From a virus, in IMG/VR virus record IMGVR_UViG_3300027733_000039, positions 1 through 64,000 of that record: a stretch of 64,000 nt of DNA. One strand, 5' to 3'. Positions 35,605 through 44,124 of this stretch are shown here, piece after piece. The notes beneath the pieces were generated by a model. That model worked only from the letters and a program-made list of their open reading frames with translations. It was not told the origin of the DNA and ran no database searches. Position numbers and translations under genes: made by a program. Numbering within the stretch: the first letter of the stretch is position 1; every line of letters starts with the position of its first letter.

Positions 35605-35668
35605 TGTGACGAATGTCACACGATTGTTACACATGGTGTGACGAACGACACATGTGACGAACGACACA
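35605..35668. promoter_or_regulatory. Three CRP/GlxR-type boxes in a 16-bp register
   Basis: TGTGA-CGAATG-TCACA at 35605; TGTGA-CGAACG-ACACA at 35637 and 35653. Confidence 0.65.
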
Positions 35669-35691
35669 TGGGGATAAGGCGCCCCTAACTA

Positions 35692-35790
35692 TGTTCCACA
35701 GGATGTTCCACAGATATCCACAGGCATATACACAGGCACCTGTGGATAACCCAGCAAAGCCTTATGGGTGATGGCGAGGGCTGTGGATAA
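35692..35790. promoter_or_regulatory. DnaA-box cluster
   Basis: Perfect TGTGGATAA at 35741 and 35782; oppositely oriented TGTTCCACA (35692, 35704), ATATCCACA (35714), ATATACACA (35726). Confidence 0.7.
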
Positions 35791-35927
35791 CCCCCCATGG
35801 TTAAGTGAGGGCGAACGGGTGTTCGGGGGGTAGGCTCCACCTGGCACCCGAACGGCTCCACCCAAATAGCCCCATTCCAAAATCCGACCGACCACCCAAC
35901 TCGCCCAAATAGCCCTATACTTGATTC

Positions 35928-36185
35928 ATGCAAGACAAGGTAAGTATTGACCAGTTCAGGAGTGTTCTCTATCGTCCTACTCCACGTCTCAATGCCAAGA
36001 TTGTTGACTACGAATTGTCTATCCGTACCCCCCAGAACTCCACTCATCACTCCATCCCACGGGAAGAACTATCGGAAATGGCACAGAACGCCGTCAATCG
36101 CTACCGTTCAGAACGTGACGCTGGTCCCGAGGGTATTGCGGATAAAAAAGCGGGAATCATTAAGTCTGCTCTGCGTCGTAACTAA
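35928..36185 (+). CDS. Hypothetical protein (leaderless)
   Basis: TATACT-N6-ATG. Confidence 0.65.
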   Translation: MQDKVSIDQFRSVLYRPTPRLNAKIVDYELSIRTPQNSTHHSIPREELSEMAQNAVNRYRSERDAGPEGIADKKAGIIKSALRRN

Positions 36186-36202
36186 CCATCTATACTAGAT
36201 TC

Positions 36203-36919
36203 ATGGCACGATACTACCGAGGTAGCAACTTCAACAGACTCAAAGAAGACGGTGACAGGGTTAACTATGTCGCTATGAGTGACAAGTACCAGAATGGTAA
36301 AGAGTCAGAAAACGGAAGCATTAAAGACGATTATGAGGGTGGCTACCCCGTTGCTCGTGTTAAATTAAGTTATGAGCAAGGCAAAGGAACCACCCCTAAC
36401 TTTGACAATAGTGAATTTACTGAAAGAGTATATGGTGGACATTCTGAAGAGCACTACTACCGTACTCGTGGTTCTGGTAAAGCCCCAACGGAACTGTTCC
36501 ATTCTGATCCTGATCGGGTAGTAGTTGACAGCGCTTACTCACACCCAGAGATGCGTAGGCATGTTCCACATTTACTAGCCATTGCCCAAATGGATAACCC
36601 AAGTATGAAACTGACAGCATCCGATGATCTATCAGGGTACTCCAGTAGACTATCAAAAAATGCCGCTAAGAAGGGTTTAGTCCTCCCACACCCTAATAAC
36701 CCAAAAATGCATGGGGATAAAGCGGATATAAGCGCTGATTCAGATGAATACCAGCGCAGAACAATGGTGTCCGACCGTGTCATGGATGAATCAACCCGTA
36801 TCCCAGAGCATGCCATCTTGAACGGTAAACAGTTTCTACGTGAAGCACTCGGTCGTAAGCCGAGAACAGAGCAGATGAAAGCACCCAAATCCGAACAATT
36901 GACACTTCCAGGGATCTAA
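36203..36919 (+). CDS. Divergent GNAT-like protein with C-terminal QLTLPGI; paralog of 37715
   Basis: TATACT-N6-ATG; TELF...V..AY.HP.MR...SDDLS.YSS.LS.NA.K.GL. The fold call is tentative. Confidence 0.5.
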   Translation: MARYYRGSNFNRLKEDGDRVNYVAMSDKYQNGKESENGSIKDDYEGGYPVARVKLSYEQGKGTTPNFDNSEFTERVYGGHSEEHYYRTRGSGKAPTELFHSDPDRVVVDSAYSHPEMRRHVPHLLAIAQMDNPSMKLTASDDLSGYSSRLSKNAAKKGLVLPHPNNPKMHGDKADISADSDEYQRRTMVSDRVMDESTRIPEHAILNGKQFLREALGRKPRTEQMKAPKSEQLTLPGI

Positions 36920-36952
36920 GTGGCAGAAGACCACAAGGAATAACTAAGTCTT

Positions 36953-37291
36953 TTAACCTAGTTCTTTCATAGTTTTACGCCCAAATTGGGTAATTAGACA
37001 CGTTCTTGCTGGTTTACCCCTACTAGAAGTCCGTTTTCCTACTTCTTGCACGTACCCACTCTTGACTAAAGTGGTGATGTACCGCCATGGACTAGACAGA
37101 TCCAGTTCGGGGAACAATTCTTGGGCGATTGTATAAACTTCTTCGTCCAACTTTGGTTTATCTATGTCAAAGCGATACGTTTCTAACAGTTTCCAGTGTG
37201 GGGTGTCACGCTCAATAACCAAAAAGGCTTCTTGATCCATATGTTCTTTGGCATTGAAGTGATGTTGGCAGTGCGGGCAAGTGGTGAGCAT
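36953..37291 (-). CDS. Winged-HTH protein with an N-terminal CPHC motif
   Basis: WRYITTLVKSGYVQEVGKR...CLITQFG. Confidence 0.6.
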   Translation of the reverse strand: MLTTCPHCQHHFNAKEHMDQEAFLVIERDTPHWKLLETYRFDIDKPKLDEEVYTIAQELFPELDLSSPWRYITTLVKSGYVQEVGKRTSSRGKPARTCLITQFGRKTMKELG

Positions 37292-37354
37292 ATGTACGAA
37301 GTGTAATAGCATATTTTTTCGGTGACAACCTGAAGAACAGTCTATAATTGACCG

Positions 37355-37711
37355 ATGGCTGCACACGAGAACTTAAGCGGGCAATTGTCCATGTTCATCC
37401 CTGCACGGGAACTAATGAACTACACCGCAGGGCATACCGAGGGGATCAACAAGGACTACCTTCCATTGTCTAAGTCTCCTGGAGTCATTAGAAAGAAGTT
37501 GCAAGAATCTAAGGAAAAGTCAGCGGCAGGTCAATACTTTGTAAAAAAAGGAAAAGATAGCCTTCATGACAGTATTAGAAAAGAAGGCGTTAAAAGCCCT
37601 GTAAATTTACGTATCCGTACAAATGACGTACAAATCAACGACGGACACCACCGACTCGTGTCAGCACACGACATTGATCCAAATATGGAAGTACCAGTAA
37701 GGTATTCTTGA
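37355..37711 (+). CDS. ParB/Srx N-terminal-domain-like protein
   Basis: L.DSIRKEGVKSPV...INDGHHRL; TATAAT-N6-ATG. Confidence 0.8.
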   Translation: MAAHENLSGQLSMFIPARELMNYTAGHTEGINKDYLPLSKSPGVIRKKLQESKEKSAAGQYFVKKGKDSLHDSIRKEGVKSPVNLRIRTNDVQINDGHHRLVSAHDIDPNMEVPVRYS

Positions 37712-37714
37712 GAC

Positions 37715-38368
37715 ATGGCACGCTACTTTAAAGACTTGGGTAAAGGATACGCTCATGGAGGCAGTTTCCCTGGCTACAGCGTTCTAGCCGACACCCCAGA
37801 TTCAGAAGGGTATGGCGGTACAACAGTACATGCTATGGGTTATGTAAACATGCATCACGTACCAGCCAGCGAAACCCCTAACCGCTTTGAGCCAAAGTCA
37901 GAAGGTTCATTTGACGGCAATAAAACGGAGTTGTTTACTCACACCCCTGCGGAGTTAACTGTTAACACCATGTATGCAGACAAGCGTGTCCGCCCGCATA
38001 TGATGACTTTGATGGCACTTGCCAAAATGGATCATCCTGACGCTGAGATTGTGGCGAGCGATACACTCTCTCATTTTAGTAGCAAACTTTCACAAAATGC
38101 CCACAAACGGGGGTTAGTAAAAGCAAACTATGATAATCCTGACATGCTTTCGTCAGGTGGTTCTCGTGATTCTCACAGTGTATACACAGGGACAGTAGCA
38201 GACGCTCGTAGAGCCACAGGGGCAGACACATGGCAAGGCATTAAAGAAATACCACATTCTGAGGTCATGGCAGGTAAACAATTCCTCAAACAGATGTTGC
38301 GACCTGGCACTACGAGAAAACAAACTCCAAGAGTTGAGTCAGAGCAACTAAAACTTCCAGGAATTTAA
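37715..38368 (+). CDS. Divergent GNAT-like protein with C-terminal QLKLPGI; paralog of 36203
   Basis: MARYF; TELF; MDHP..EIVASD.LS.FSSKLS.NA..RGL; GKQFL. Confidence 0.5.
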   Translation: MARYFKDLGKGYAHGGSFPGYSVLADTPDSEGYGGTTVHAMGYVNMHHVPASETPNRFEPKSEGSFDGNKTELFTHTPAELTVNTMYADKRVRPHMMTLMALAKMDHPDAEIVASDTLSHFSSKLSQNAHKRGLVKANYDNPDMLSSGGSRDSHSVYTGTVADARRATGADTWQGIKEIPHSEVMAGKQFLKQMLRPGTTRKQTPRVESEQLKLPGI

Positions 38369-38446
38369 AGATTCTTTAGTCAAACTCTTGACAAGCAGCA
38401 CACCTATGTGCCAAACTGGTATTAGGGGATACTGTACAATAAATGC

Positions 38447-38680
38447 ATGGGCATGCAGACACCTAGAAAAGAACCAGCGAAGCCGCTGACTCAGACCGCT
38501 AAAGAGCGCATTCATAACCAAGGGTACATCTCTACAACTGTAGATAATGCTCCATCGGGTCGCCTACCTCATATCGCAGCCTTCTTTCGGGCAGTTCACC
38601 CTGATCCAAACCATTGTGAAGATTGCAAGAATCGCAATGAACTTGCGAACATGCTGGACAACCCAGGTTCCGAATACTAA
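38447..38680 (+). CDS. Small hypothetical protein (leaderless)
   Basis: TACAAT-N6-ATG; H....HCEDC. Confidence 0.6.
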   Translation: MGMQTPRKEPAKPLTQTAKERIHNQGYISTTVDNAPSGRLPHIAAFFRAVHPDPNHCEDCKNRNELANMLDNPGSEY

Positions 38681-38692
38681 TTTAAGCCCTGT

Positions 38693-39313
38693 ATGGCTGC
38701 GCCACTTAACCAATATTTATTTGGGGACCACTTCAAAGCCGTTCATGGCATGACTGTTGATGAAGCCCTCTCAGGCAAGGTTGCCAAAATAAATAGCACC
38801 TTGATGTCCGCAGAAGAGTACGACGATAATTGGAAAGGCACACGTATTGGTAAAGGAATGCGCCCTTTTGCGGAAAGTCATGCTGACTTGATACAACCAA
38901 CTAACGTGGGTGAGACAGTACGTTCTTGGCAAAGAAGTCCAGGTAATATACTTGTTGGTGACTCCCATCGTGTTGCTGCTGTCTTACGAGACCTTACGCA
39001 GGCTGTGCGTACTACTAGTCGTGCAAATGATGCCCCCCTATATCGGGGAGCAACTCGTGCCCCATCAGAGGATGTTGGTGCTTCTAGAGACACCGCCCTC
39101 TCTTTTACCTCAGATAGGCATGCTGCTCGCTCTTTTACCGCTTCACAGGGGCGTGGTCGTGGAGCAATCTTTAAAGCCGCCCCAGGTTTAGTTCGTGGAG
39201 TTCCTTTAGAGGAACTTGGTGGACGACCAATGACAGTCGGTAAAAACAGACGACCTGAAGCAGAGTGGCTCATTGATCCACAATCTGTACCAACTGAATG
39301 GCCTAAGAAGTAA
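38693..39313 (+). CDS. Putative R-S-E ADP-ribosyltransferase
   Basis: PLYRG, LSFTSD..AARSF, GAIFK, EAEWL. Confidence 0.7.
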   Translation: MAAPLNQYLFGDHFKAVHGMTVDEALSGKVAKINSTLMSAEEYDDNWKGTRIGKGMRPFAESHADLIQPTNVGETVRSWQRSPGNILVGDSHRVAAVLRDLTQAVRTTSRANDAPLYRGATRAPSEDVGASRDTALSFTSDRHAARSFTASQGRGRGAIFKAAPGLVRGVPLEELGGRPMTVGKNRRPEAEWLIDPQSVPTEWPKK

Positions 39314-39708
39314 TGGCTAAAAAGAAGCACGTCCTTAACGAAGATCAACTGGCTATGTTCATCCCTGCAAAAGACCTGATGGATGCCATCCCACTAGACC
39401 AACCCGCTTCAAGAAGGCCCCTTACATTACGGAATCTTCCTGATGTTACTTCTCGTAAAGTAAAAGAAGCAAAACGAGATGGTTTGTATAATGAAATTAA
39501 AAGTGAGGGCGTACAAACGCCTATCACCATAGGACAACATCCTCTGCGTGCTAGGTCTGGTCGTGTTTACGATTACTTCCCAGGAGCAAACTACAAAGGG
39601 CCTGTTATTGAGGACGGTCATCATCGCATCTCTGTAGCAAACAGTATTGACCCAAAAATGGAGATTCCAGTAAAGTACGCCGCACCCAACGATGATCTTT
39701 CTGATTAG
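39313..39708 (+). CDS. ParB/Srx N-terminal-domain-like protein, paralog of 37355
   Basis: QLAMFIPA..LM; LYNEIKSEGVQTPI; IEDGHHRI; IDP.MEIPV.Y. Confidence 0.8.
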   Translation: MAKKKHVLNEDQLAMFIPAKDLMDAIPLDQPASRRPLTLRNLPDVTSRKVKEAKRDGLYNEIKSEGVQTPITIGQHPLRARSGRVYDYFPGANYKGPVIEDGHHRISVANSIDPKMEIPVKYAAPNDDLSD

Positions 39709-39717
39709 AATGGCACA

Positions 39718-39891
39718 ATGCCTACGTATCAATACAAGTGCCCCAATGGACACATACATGAAGAAGAGCGCAGTATCCGAGAAGCACAGAGCGTAGAGCA
39801 CTGTCTAGAGTGTCACGAGCCTCTCAAGCCCGTGTACTACGCCCCAGCCGTCAATCTCGTCGGTCGTGGTTTTTATTCCAACGGAGGGTGA
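39718..39891 (+). CDS. FmdB-family zinc-ribbon protein (57 aa, not in the ORF track)
   Basis: MPTYQYKC..GH...C..C...GRGFYSNG; TAGAAT-N6-ATG. Confidence 0.75.
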   Translation: MPTYQYKCPNGHIHEEERSIREAQSVEHCLECHEPLKPVYYAPAVNLVGRGFYSNGG

Positions 39892-39894
39892 TTC

Positions 39895-40089
39895 ATGACT
39901 AAATCGGTTATACTTAAAAGTTCTATGGTCTACCTACTTATCACCGCCATCATCATTGCTGTACGTTACTTTCATAAGGCTCTTATGAACGCCGTTGAAG
40001 AGCATGGTCATGCGCCTGTAGAGAAGACGTACCGAGGGTACATGTTTGACGTTCATCATGACTTTAAACGTCGTGAGCATATTAAATAA
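39895..40089 (+). CDS. Small membrane protein
   Basis: Hydrophobic YLLITAIIIAV segment; start uncertain. Confidence 0.5.
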   Translation: MTKSVILKSSMVYLLITAIIIAVRYFHKALMNAVEEHGHAPVEKTYRGYMFDVHHDFKRREHIK

Positions 40090-40106
40090 TCATCTATAAT
40101 CTGTAG

Positions 40107-40379
40107 GTGCAAAAACTAAATCAAATCCTACTTCGTATCCTTGCAGCCTTTGCAGCGTCAGGTCTTGGCGTTATTGGAGCAGGCACCCTCGCAGGCGTGC
40201 AACTTTGGAAAGCCATGCTTATGGCAGGTGTTGCTGCGGTAGCCACCGTTGTAGAACGGCTTGCTCGTCTATACCTAGAAGATGGCAATCTTTCTGCTAA
40301 AGACATTGATGTTGCTTTTGGAGTAGCGGCTAAAGAAGAAACTCCAGCAAAGTTACCTGTTTCTGCAAAGAAACGCTAA
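40107..40379 (+). CDS. Two-TM membrane protein, holin-like
   Basis: TATAAT-N6-GTG; two hydrophobic helices, DG.LS..DID, basic tail. Confidence 0.6.
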   Translation: MQKLNQILLRILAAFAASGLGVIGAGTLAGVQLWKAMLMAGVAAVATVVERLARLYLEDGNLSAKDIDVAFGVAAKEETPAKLPVSAKKR

Positions 40380-40931
40380 CTGCCAGTAATACTTGCCTAC
40401 AACAGGCCATTCAATCTGGTTCTTTTCGTCAAACCATGATTTACCTTCTGGATCATTAGGTATTGCATCAAACACATTAGTAAGGTTCTTGAAGTCCAAA
40501 GAGTTCAGTAACTTCTCAACTCTTGTTTCATGGCAGTTCCAATGATGATGTGCACCATCCCACCATTCCAAACCAGGAACATGGGTGCTAGGAACATCTA
40601 GGTGTTCCATAACTGACTCCACCATCCACCATGGCTCTTGTCCTTCTTTCCATCGCTTAATAGTTTTATGAACGTCTGGTCCAACAACAAGCATTGGTGC
40701 ATTTGGTTTAGCAATACGTTGCATGTCTTTAAGGAATGTAGATACTTCTAGCCATGGAATGTGCTCCAAGACATGACCCATGTATATGGCATCAAATGTA
40801 TTGTCTTCAAAAGGGTACGGTTGACCAGGAGTTACCTTGACATCTGGTTTAGTGTCATCTGTTTCCCACGTGTCTGCGTTTACCCAACCTTGTGCGTAGT
40901 GTGTTCCACAACCAACATTTAAAAGTTTCAT
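40353..40931 (-). CDS. SAM-dependent methyltransferase
   Basis: LNVGCG..GW.NAD; PFEDNTFDAIY..HVLEH. Confidence 0.85.
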   Translation of the reverse strand: MKLLNVGCGTHYAQGWVNADTWETDDTKPDVKVTPGQPYPFEDNTFDAIYMGHVLEHIPWLEVSTFLKDMQRIAKPNAPMLVVGPDVHKTIKRWKEGQEPWWMVESVMEHLDVPSTHVPGLEWWDGAHHHWNCHETRVEKLLNSLDFKNLTNVFDAIPNDPEGKSWFDEKNQIEWPVVGKYYWQLAFLCRNR

Positions 40932-41692
40932 TAGACAGTGCCTCCATCAATTGGGAAATACCAGCCACCACCATGTTGTAACGCTGTTGGCATATCATGT
41001 CGGTGATTAACTCCTGAGTAATGTGCGATTAAAGACTTACGCACCATTCCTTCAATCTTTGGTTCGGAACCACGGTGCAACAAACGACCATGCCAAAAAA
41101 GAACATCACCTCGTTTTGGAAGATATGTAACAACTTCTGCATTGCGCTTTTCAATCTCTGCTTCAAACAATGGAGTTAATATGCGCTCACTATATTTAGG
41201 CCAGCGATGGTCTTGTTCTTCTGGTGAAAGCGCTGCAAGGATCTTTTCTCGTGTAACCACGGGCCAACGGTGTGATCCAGGGATGAATTGAAAAGGACCA
41301 GAATCAGGATGTATATCTTCTAAAGCAATCCAAATAGCGGCGTAGTAGTCACCCACGTGCTCAGGATTAAGGTAGGTGTCTTGATGCCAATTACGACGAG
41401 TTGTTACCCAACCCGTTAGGTTTAAATGGACAGCCGCTGGTTCACCAATCAAACGCTCTAGCGTGTCATTAATGTTGTGATGCGTCAGGATGCTCATTAC
41501 TTCTGGGTGACGGCGATATGGGGTGCAATCAGGCCAGCCACCAGGTCGGTCTTCATTATGCTCAATCCAGCACTGCTCATAAGCAACTAATAGATCTTCT
41601 GGAAGAAAGCCTTTCTTAATAACAAACCCATCGTCATTCCAATCGGCTGGTCCTGGTGTTGGTGCTGGGATAGTTAATTCGGCTAGTTCCAT
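40931..41692 (-). CDS. PhyH-family Fe(II)/2OG dioxygenase
   Basis: WHQD, WIALED...GP...PGSH, GDVLFWHG.LLHRG. Confidence 0.88.
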   Translation of the reverse strand: MELAELTIPAPTPGPADWNDDGFVIKKGFLPEDLLVAYEQCWIEHNEDRPGGWPDCTPYRRHPEVMSILTHHNINDTLERLIGEPAAVHLNLTGWVTTRRNWHQDTYLNPEHVGDYYAAIWIALEDIHPDSGPFQFIPGSHRWPVVTREKILAALSPEEQDHRWPKYSERILTPLFEAEIEKRNAEVVTYLPKRGDVLFWHGRLLHRGSEPKIEGMVRKSLIAHYSGVNHRHDMPTALQHGGGWYFPIDGGTV

Positions 41693-41708
41693 GATGTAAA
41701 CTATAGCC

Positions 41709-41867
41709 GTGATTGTCACTTACCCAATACATACCCCGTCTATGCAGGACGCTATTGATCAAGCAATGCGCCTTGCCAAAGCCCATGGCTACAAAACATC
41801 TATTTTACTTAATATTAAGTCTGTAGGTTCTGGTGCATGGGAAGTCAAACTCCAAGTCCTCAAGTAG
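41709..41867 (+). CDS. Small hypothetical protein (52 aa, leaderless)
   Basis: TAAACT-N6-GTG. Confidence 0.5.
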   Translation: MIVTYPIHTPSMQDAIDQAMRLAKAHGYKTSILLNIKSVGSGAWEVKLQVLK

Positions 41868-41980
41868 CCGACTGTAGTGAACAGTGTGTTCACTGCGGCG
41901 CTCGCATGCGTCCTGAGCATGCCCACTATCGCTGCCCTCAATGTGGAAGCCGTGATGCTTGCTGCGAAGGGGTATATTAA
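41837..41980 (+). CDS. Small Zn-finger protein (47 aa)
   Basis: CVHCG..M.PEHAHYRCPQCG.RDACCEG. Confidence 0.55.
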   Translation: MGSQTPSPQVADCSEQCVHCGARMRPEHAHYRCPQCGSRDACCEGVY

Positions 41981-42045
41981 ATGGTTTATATACTAAGTAT
42001 TGAGTACGATGTTCAAAATCGTGTATAATGTAATACCGAGACTCA

Positions 42046-42082
42046 ACGAAGACGGGTTGCTTGCGAGCGATCCGTCTTTCGT
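42046..42082 (+). terminator. Terminator/attenuator-like hairpin between a TATAAT box and the Thr-rich gene
   Basis: ACGAAGACGGGTTGC/GCGATCCGTCTTTCGT; TATAAT at 42024-42029. Confidence 0.5.
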
Positions 42083-42096
42083 ATCTACGGAGGCAT

Positions 42097-44097
42097 ATGA
42101 AACTGCGTAAAGGTTTCTGGATCTATCTCCCTGTAGCGATCTTTGCTTGGATCACTCCTTTTACTACTTCTGTTAAGGCAGACACACTTGGTGAGTGGAC
42201 ATACAGCCAATCACAAGCATGCGGTGGATCTGTTGAGTTAATCGGTGATGCGATCACTTTACACGGTCCTGACTATAACGGATGTAGCGGTGCTGCTCAT
42301 TGGGTAAAAATAGAAGCAACCATTCCTCAAGGTGTAAGCACAGTGGACTTTACTTGGGCCTACCAAACCCTTGATGGTGCTTACTACGATCCCCCTCAGT
42401 ACGCAGTAAATGGTGTCTATGTTCAGTTGACTTATGCAAATACTGCAACAGGAACTAAATCAATACCCGTTCAAGTGGGTGACATCTTTACATTCCGACA
42501 ATATTCAATAGATACTTGCTGTCAACCTGGTCATTTAACAATCAGTAATTTGTCGCTTTGGAATGGCTTTGTTGAAGCAACGACGACTACTTCTACCACT
42601 TCCACTTCTACAACTACCACTTCTACCACTTCTACCACTTCCACAACCACCACTACAACAACAACAACAACAACAAGTACTACGACTACAACAACTGTTC
42701 CAACTACCACAACAACCACGACTACTATTTCTCCCGATACTACAGTATCGGTTACGACCACAATAGATATTCCAATATCTACAACTACTTCTTTCGTACC
42801 CCAAACAACATTGCCCCAATCAACAACGACCACGTCAACAACACCAGAAATTCCGACATCTACTGTTCCCGTCTATATTTCTCCAATAATAGAAGTACCA
42901 ACGGGGACGACATCCACAACCATGCCAGAAGTAACCATCCCAGCGACGCTTCCTGAAGAAATACCAGTAATAATCCCAGAAGAGATCCCAACTGAGATAA
43001 CAGACCCAACAACATATGAAACATACCCAGACACTACCGTTGACACAGACCAAACACTACCTTTCACACCTATTCCGACTTCGGAAGACTTGTGTAATGG
43101 GTCAAACGCTACTGTTTGTCCAGACCAAACGCTACCGTCTGTCGGTGAGGTTATATCGGATGCGGTATTAACGAACATCCTTGAGAACACCTTTACCCCT
43201 GATGCTTCAACAGAAGAGATAACGGCTGCACTTGATGAGGTTCTAAGCGCCGACCTTTCTACAGAACAATTTACTGCCGTAATGAATGCCGTACTTGCCG
43301 ATACATCTGATACCGAGCAAGTGTCTGAAGTCTTAGTTTCTTTGCTGAGTTCTAATCTTTCAGCCCAAGAACTTACAATTGTGATGGATACCGTCTTTAG
43401 CGCAGAAGCAAGCGTGGAAGAGATGGGGGCAATTGTTGAGAACTTGCTGGATTCCAATCTTTCCTCGGCAGAACTAGAGGCGGTCTTTACGGCTGCTTTT
43501 GACGGTGACTTGTCTGACGCAGAAACAGTTGCCCTTGCCACCCAGATTCTTGACAGCCCTCTTGATGACAAAGAGTTTGGCACGGTTATTAACGCCATCT
43601 TTGACGAAAAGGTATCTGACGAAGTCTTGACACAGACCTTTGCTGCTATTTTGACTCCTGAACTTTCTGACAACAAGTTTGCTGAAGTGGTGAATGTTCT
43701 TGAAAATGCCACCATTACAAACGATCAGGTTGCTCAAGTAGTGGATTTGGTCATTTCCCAAGAAGGTGGTGTAAGTGAAGGGCAAGCCACCGAACTGGCA
43801 ATGAGCGCTAAAGTTCTGGAAAGCGTTTCAGGGGAGCAAGCGGCTGAGGTGTTTGATGCGATTGTGGCTTCAGCGGTAACCCCAGAGGATGGTCTTGCCA
43901 TTGTCAATGCGGTACAGGATGCCCCTAAAGCCGTTAAGAAATCCTTTGAAAAGAAATTAAATATCTACGAGGGTGTCTTTGACACCTATACCGCAATTGG
44001 ATCAGTGATACCTGTCAGTGGACGCAGAGTTATCATCGCCATAACTACGGTATCATTTATATTGCCCGCACCAGTCGTTTCTAGACGTAGACAATAA
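42097..44097 (+). CDS. Secreted/membrane-anchored Thr-rich (mucin-like) protein with acidic helical repeats
   Basis: Signal-like N-terminus, beta domain, poly-Thr stalk, ~16-aa repeats (LS..E...V...), hydrophobic C-terminus ending RRRQ; GGAGG RBS. Confidence 0.75.
   Translation: MKLRKGFWIYLPVAIFAWITPFTTSVKADTLGEWTYSQSQACGGSVELIGDAITLHGPDYNGCSGAAHWVKIEATIPQGVSTVDFTWAYQTLDGAYYDPPQYAVNGVYVQLTYANTATGTKSIPVQVGDIFTFRQYSIDTCCQPGHLTISNLSLWNGFVEATTTTSTTSTSTTTTSTTSTTSTTTTTTTTTTTSTTTTTTVPTTTTTTTTISPDTTVSVTTTIDIPISTTTSFVPQTTLPQSTTTTSTTPEIPTSTVPVYISPIIEVPTGTTSTTMPEVTIPATLPEEIPVIIPEEIPTEITDPTTYETYPDTTVDTDQTLPFTPIPTSEDLCNGSNATVCPDQTLPSVGEVISDAVLTNILENTFTPDASTEEITAALDEVLSADLSTEQFTAVMNAVLADTSDTEQVSEVLVSLLSSNLSAQELTIVMDTVFSAEASVEEMGAIVENLLDSNLSSAELEAVFTAAFDGDLSDAETVALATQILDSPLDDKEFGTVINAIFDEKVSDEVLTQTFAAILTPELSDNKFAEVVNVLENATITNDQVAQVVDLVISQEGGVSEGQATELAMSAKVLESVSGEQAAEVFDAIVASAVTPEDGLAIVNAVQDAPKAVKKSFEKKLNIYEGVFDTYTAIGSVIPVSGRRVIIAITTVSFILPAPVVSRRRQ
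42583..42730 (+). repeat. ACN/TCN low-complexity poly-Thr tract
   Basis: ACTTCTACC and ACAACA runs. Confidence 0.8.
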
Positions 44098-44124
44098 GTT
44101 GAAACGTGACGACTTAGGAGCCTT

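Noticed and set aside
35032-35895. ORFs called inside the divergence region
   Set aside because: No RBS or leaderless signal and no recognisable motifs; the region is better explained by regulatory repeats.
42531-43715. Long antisense ORFs (poly-Val and 280 aa)
   Set aside because: They are shadows of the Thr-rich coding strand. The same applies to most overlapping ORFs in the Gly-rich genes and opposite DUF932.
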